Shown here: positions 45,373-64,000 of the stretch, piece after piece | How positions within the stretch are numbered: the first letter of the stretch is position 1 | How the letters are laid out: each line of letters begins with the position of its first letter | The notes under the pieces: generated by a model | Database searches by the model: none | Seen by the model: only the letters and a program-made list of their open reading frames with translations | What the model was told of the DNA's origin: nothing | Assembly: GCA_051294375.1 (NCBI GenBank) | Contig: CM119267.1 | Span: forward strand, 17,958,992 to 18,022,991 | DNA from: Paraspadella gotoi | Taxonomy: Eukaryota; Animalia; Chaetognatha | Direction: 5' to 3' | DNA length: 64,000 nt | Translations under genes and position numbers: made by a program

Positions 45373-45832
45373 TGCTCGTATCGACTTTTTTTTTTTACCT
45401 CACCTGACGATCCTCGTCGTCATCGGGAGAAGTCGGGCAGATTTACGCATTGGGTTCTGAGGATGACAAGCCAAATTTATTTCAAGAAAGTTAATTATAC
45501 CGTTTATTCGTGGGGCTTTCTTCGCAAAATTTATGATTGGTTGTTGGTCTTAAGTCACATCTTACTTAATTACTGTATTTATTTATTTGTTTTGCAATAA
45601 TGTCCATCACAGCATCAGAAAATATTTGCGATTTGGCACAAAGTCGCATCGCTGAAACTATGCGGCGACGAAAACTTTTCGCCGATTTAGAATCGAGACA
45701 TTTACAAATGTAGACTTTTAGACTCGGCAAAATCGTGTCACAGGCAGAAACACTCAATGAACCTATAAATCAGAGAAACAATCTACAAAATCACTAGTAA
45801 TTTATTTATTAAAACTAAAACTACTTTCAACA

Positions 45833-64000
<18,168 letters not shown>

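Overview
This is eukaryotic DNA, most likely from a compact-genome invertebrate animal: exons are GC-rich, most introns are 55-110 nt, and microsatellites are abundant. The left ~23 kb holds a few exons of an unidentified Ser-rich minus-strand gene, a probable long-read gap-fill artefact beside a 25-N gap, and a 700-bp TRIM-like LTR element with ribozyme-like motifs. From 23.7 kb to the window end lie ten tightly packed plus-strand genes: Derlin-2, a selenoprotein thioredoxin-glutathione reductase (TGR), a ZIP zinc transporter, RSL24D1, a CCHC-knuckle protein, TRMT12/TYW2, an intronless UGT, a UGT pseudogene, a DESI1-like gene and a TNRC18/BAHCC1-like gene. The TGR has two tandem glutaredoxin domains, a mitochondrial leader and a SECIS. 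The TNRC18-like gene runs off the window and hosts a nested antisense tetraspan gene. The main leads are the double-Grx TGR, an operon-like gene run, a possible in-frame TYW2-UGT splice fusion and a possible animal LTR retrozyme. All gene models were built by eye and no database searches were run.
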